DNA of 47,292 bases from Chiloscyllium plagiosum (taxonomy: Eukaryota), in assembly GCF_004010195.1 (NCBI RefSeq), contig NC_057757.1, forward strand, positions 7,907,845 to 7,955,136. The letters are read 5' to 3'. Of the stretch, positions 46,126 through 47,292 are shown in pieces. A model generated the notes under the pieces. It was not told the DNA's origin, made no database searches, and was given only the letters and a program-made list of their open reading frames with translations. Position 1 is the first letter of the stretch; each line of letters starts with the position of its first letter. The translations under genes and the position numbers were made by a program.

Positions 46126-46609
46126 TGGGTCCTCCCACTGAGCAGATCCAAGTACAGGAGCTGGGCCGTCCTGCTGTAATTTTACAGGGCCTTGGTGAGA
46201 CCATACCTGTGGGCAGGTTTGGTCTCCTTCTTGAGAGGGAGGATGTTCTGGTGATGGAGAGAGTGCAATGGTTTGTCAGACCCCTCTGTGGGATGGCAGG
46301 ACGGGCATATGAAGAGCAATTGAATCAGTTCAGGCCATACTCTGCTGTGCTTTTCCAGCACCACTCTAATCTTGTCACTATGGAGACAAGGCCTACTTCA
46401 AGGCCTACTGCACCTGCATGCTGACCTTCAGTGACCTCATTACACCTCCCCCTTTCCCAATCTATCGCCATTCAGATCGGCCTTCCCCATTTGGTAACCA
46501 AAGTGGATAACCACGTATCTGTCTACGTTACACTTCACCTGCCATGCATTTGCCCACCTACTCATTCTGTCCAAATCAATCTGAAGCATCTCTGTGCCCC
46601 TCTTCACAT

Positions 46610-47100
46610 AGTGACAACACTGTTCCTTTGTGTTGTCCTTGGCTTTGTCTTTTCAAAAGGGGTTGTAAAAGGCAGAGGCTGCGATTTGTCTGGGGTTAGG
46701 CCTCTTTGTTTACAGCTACTGCCTAAAGCAACAATCAGGGGAAAGGGCTTTTAGGGTTTTCTAAGACAATGAAAGGGGAACGGCCAGTTCAGGGATGTTT
46801 TGGTTAGAAACTGCTGGGGACAGAGACGCAGCCCTCTCTCTCTCTAACATCTCTCCTGTGAGACCCCGGATTTGAAGTTACCTTTTCTGCCGAGGGGTGT
46901 GTTTATGGGGATGTTGCCGGAAGTCAGAACAACATCATTAACTTGCGATAGAGTTGGTTGGGCTTTCAGATCGGTTATGTTATTCTATGTCCTGTTCTCT
47001 TTGTGTTTCATTCAATAGCCTGTAAATAAATTGTGTTTTGTTTAAAACTGTATGGTTTGACCAGCTGCATAACTCCTGGAATTCTACGTTTCAAACAGCT
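46610..47100 (+). mobile_element. probable LTR (related to 2920-3543)
   Basis: Shared aataaattg..tttg...tttgaccag.tgca block. Confidence 0.45.
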
Positions 47101-47104
47101 GCCA

Positions 47105-47292
47105 TACTTTTTGTTAAGGGTTCAGATGGAGAGGAATTTGTTAAGTGTGTACAAGAAAATGTTTTGATTCAGTAAGTGGATGTACCTACTAGAGAAGGTG
47201 CAAAACATGACCTACTCTTGGGAAATAAGGCAGGGCAGGTGACTGAGGTGTCAGTGGGGGAGCACTTTGGGGCCAGCGACCATAATTCTATT
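47105..47292 (+). mobile_element. CR1 ORF2 APE-endonuclease C-terminal relic (runs off the window)
   Basis: KGSDGEEFVKCVQEN..Q*VDVPTREGAKHDLLLGN...EHFGASDHNSI (SDH motif). Confidence 0.88.

Overview
Repeat-saturated, non-coding eukaryotic DNA, most likely cartilaginous fish (shark). The basis is about 22 HE1-type tRNA-headed SINEs plus partner CR1/HER1-type LINE 3' fragments. There are three assembly gaps (2167-2666, 13513-13623, 26504-27003). I could not support any host protein-coding exon, and nearly every listed ORF lies in a SINE, LINE or gap. Recognisable protein relics: CR1 ORF2 (RT 43630-45472, endonuclease end 47105-47292), CR1 ORF1, split Gypsy pol (RNase H/integrase 10800-12700; RT 15510-15620), a Tx1-like LINE piece and a Penelope GIY-YIG piece. 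Most notable structures: (1) a ~5.45 kb satellite of ~71 x 76-bp units grown from a CR1 3' tail, each with two hairpins and showing higher-order duplications; (2) two families of short Penelope-type elements with hammerhead-ribozyme cores, several as inverted dimers and some with 9-17 bp target-site duplications; (3) a ~1 kb HE1-spacer-HE1 composite present twice in inverted orientation; (4) a multi-level nested insertion at 14660-17860. Family names come from recall and motif reading, not database searches. Boundaries are approximate.
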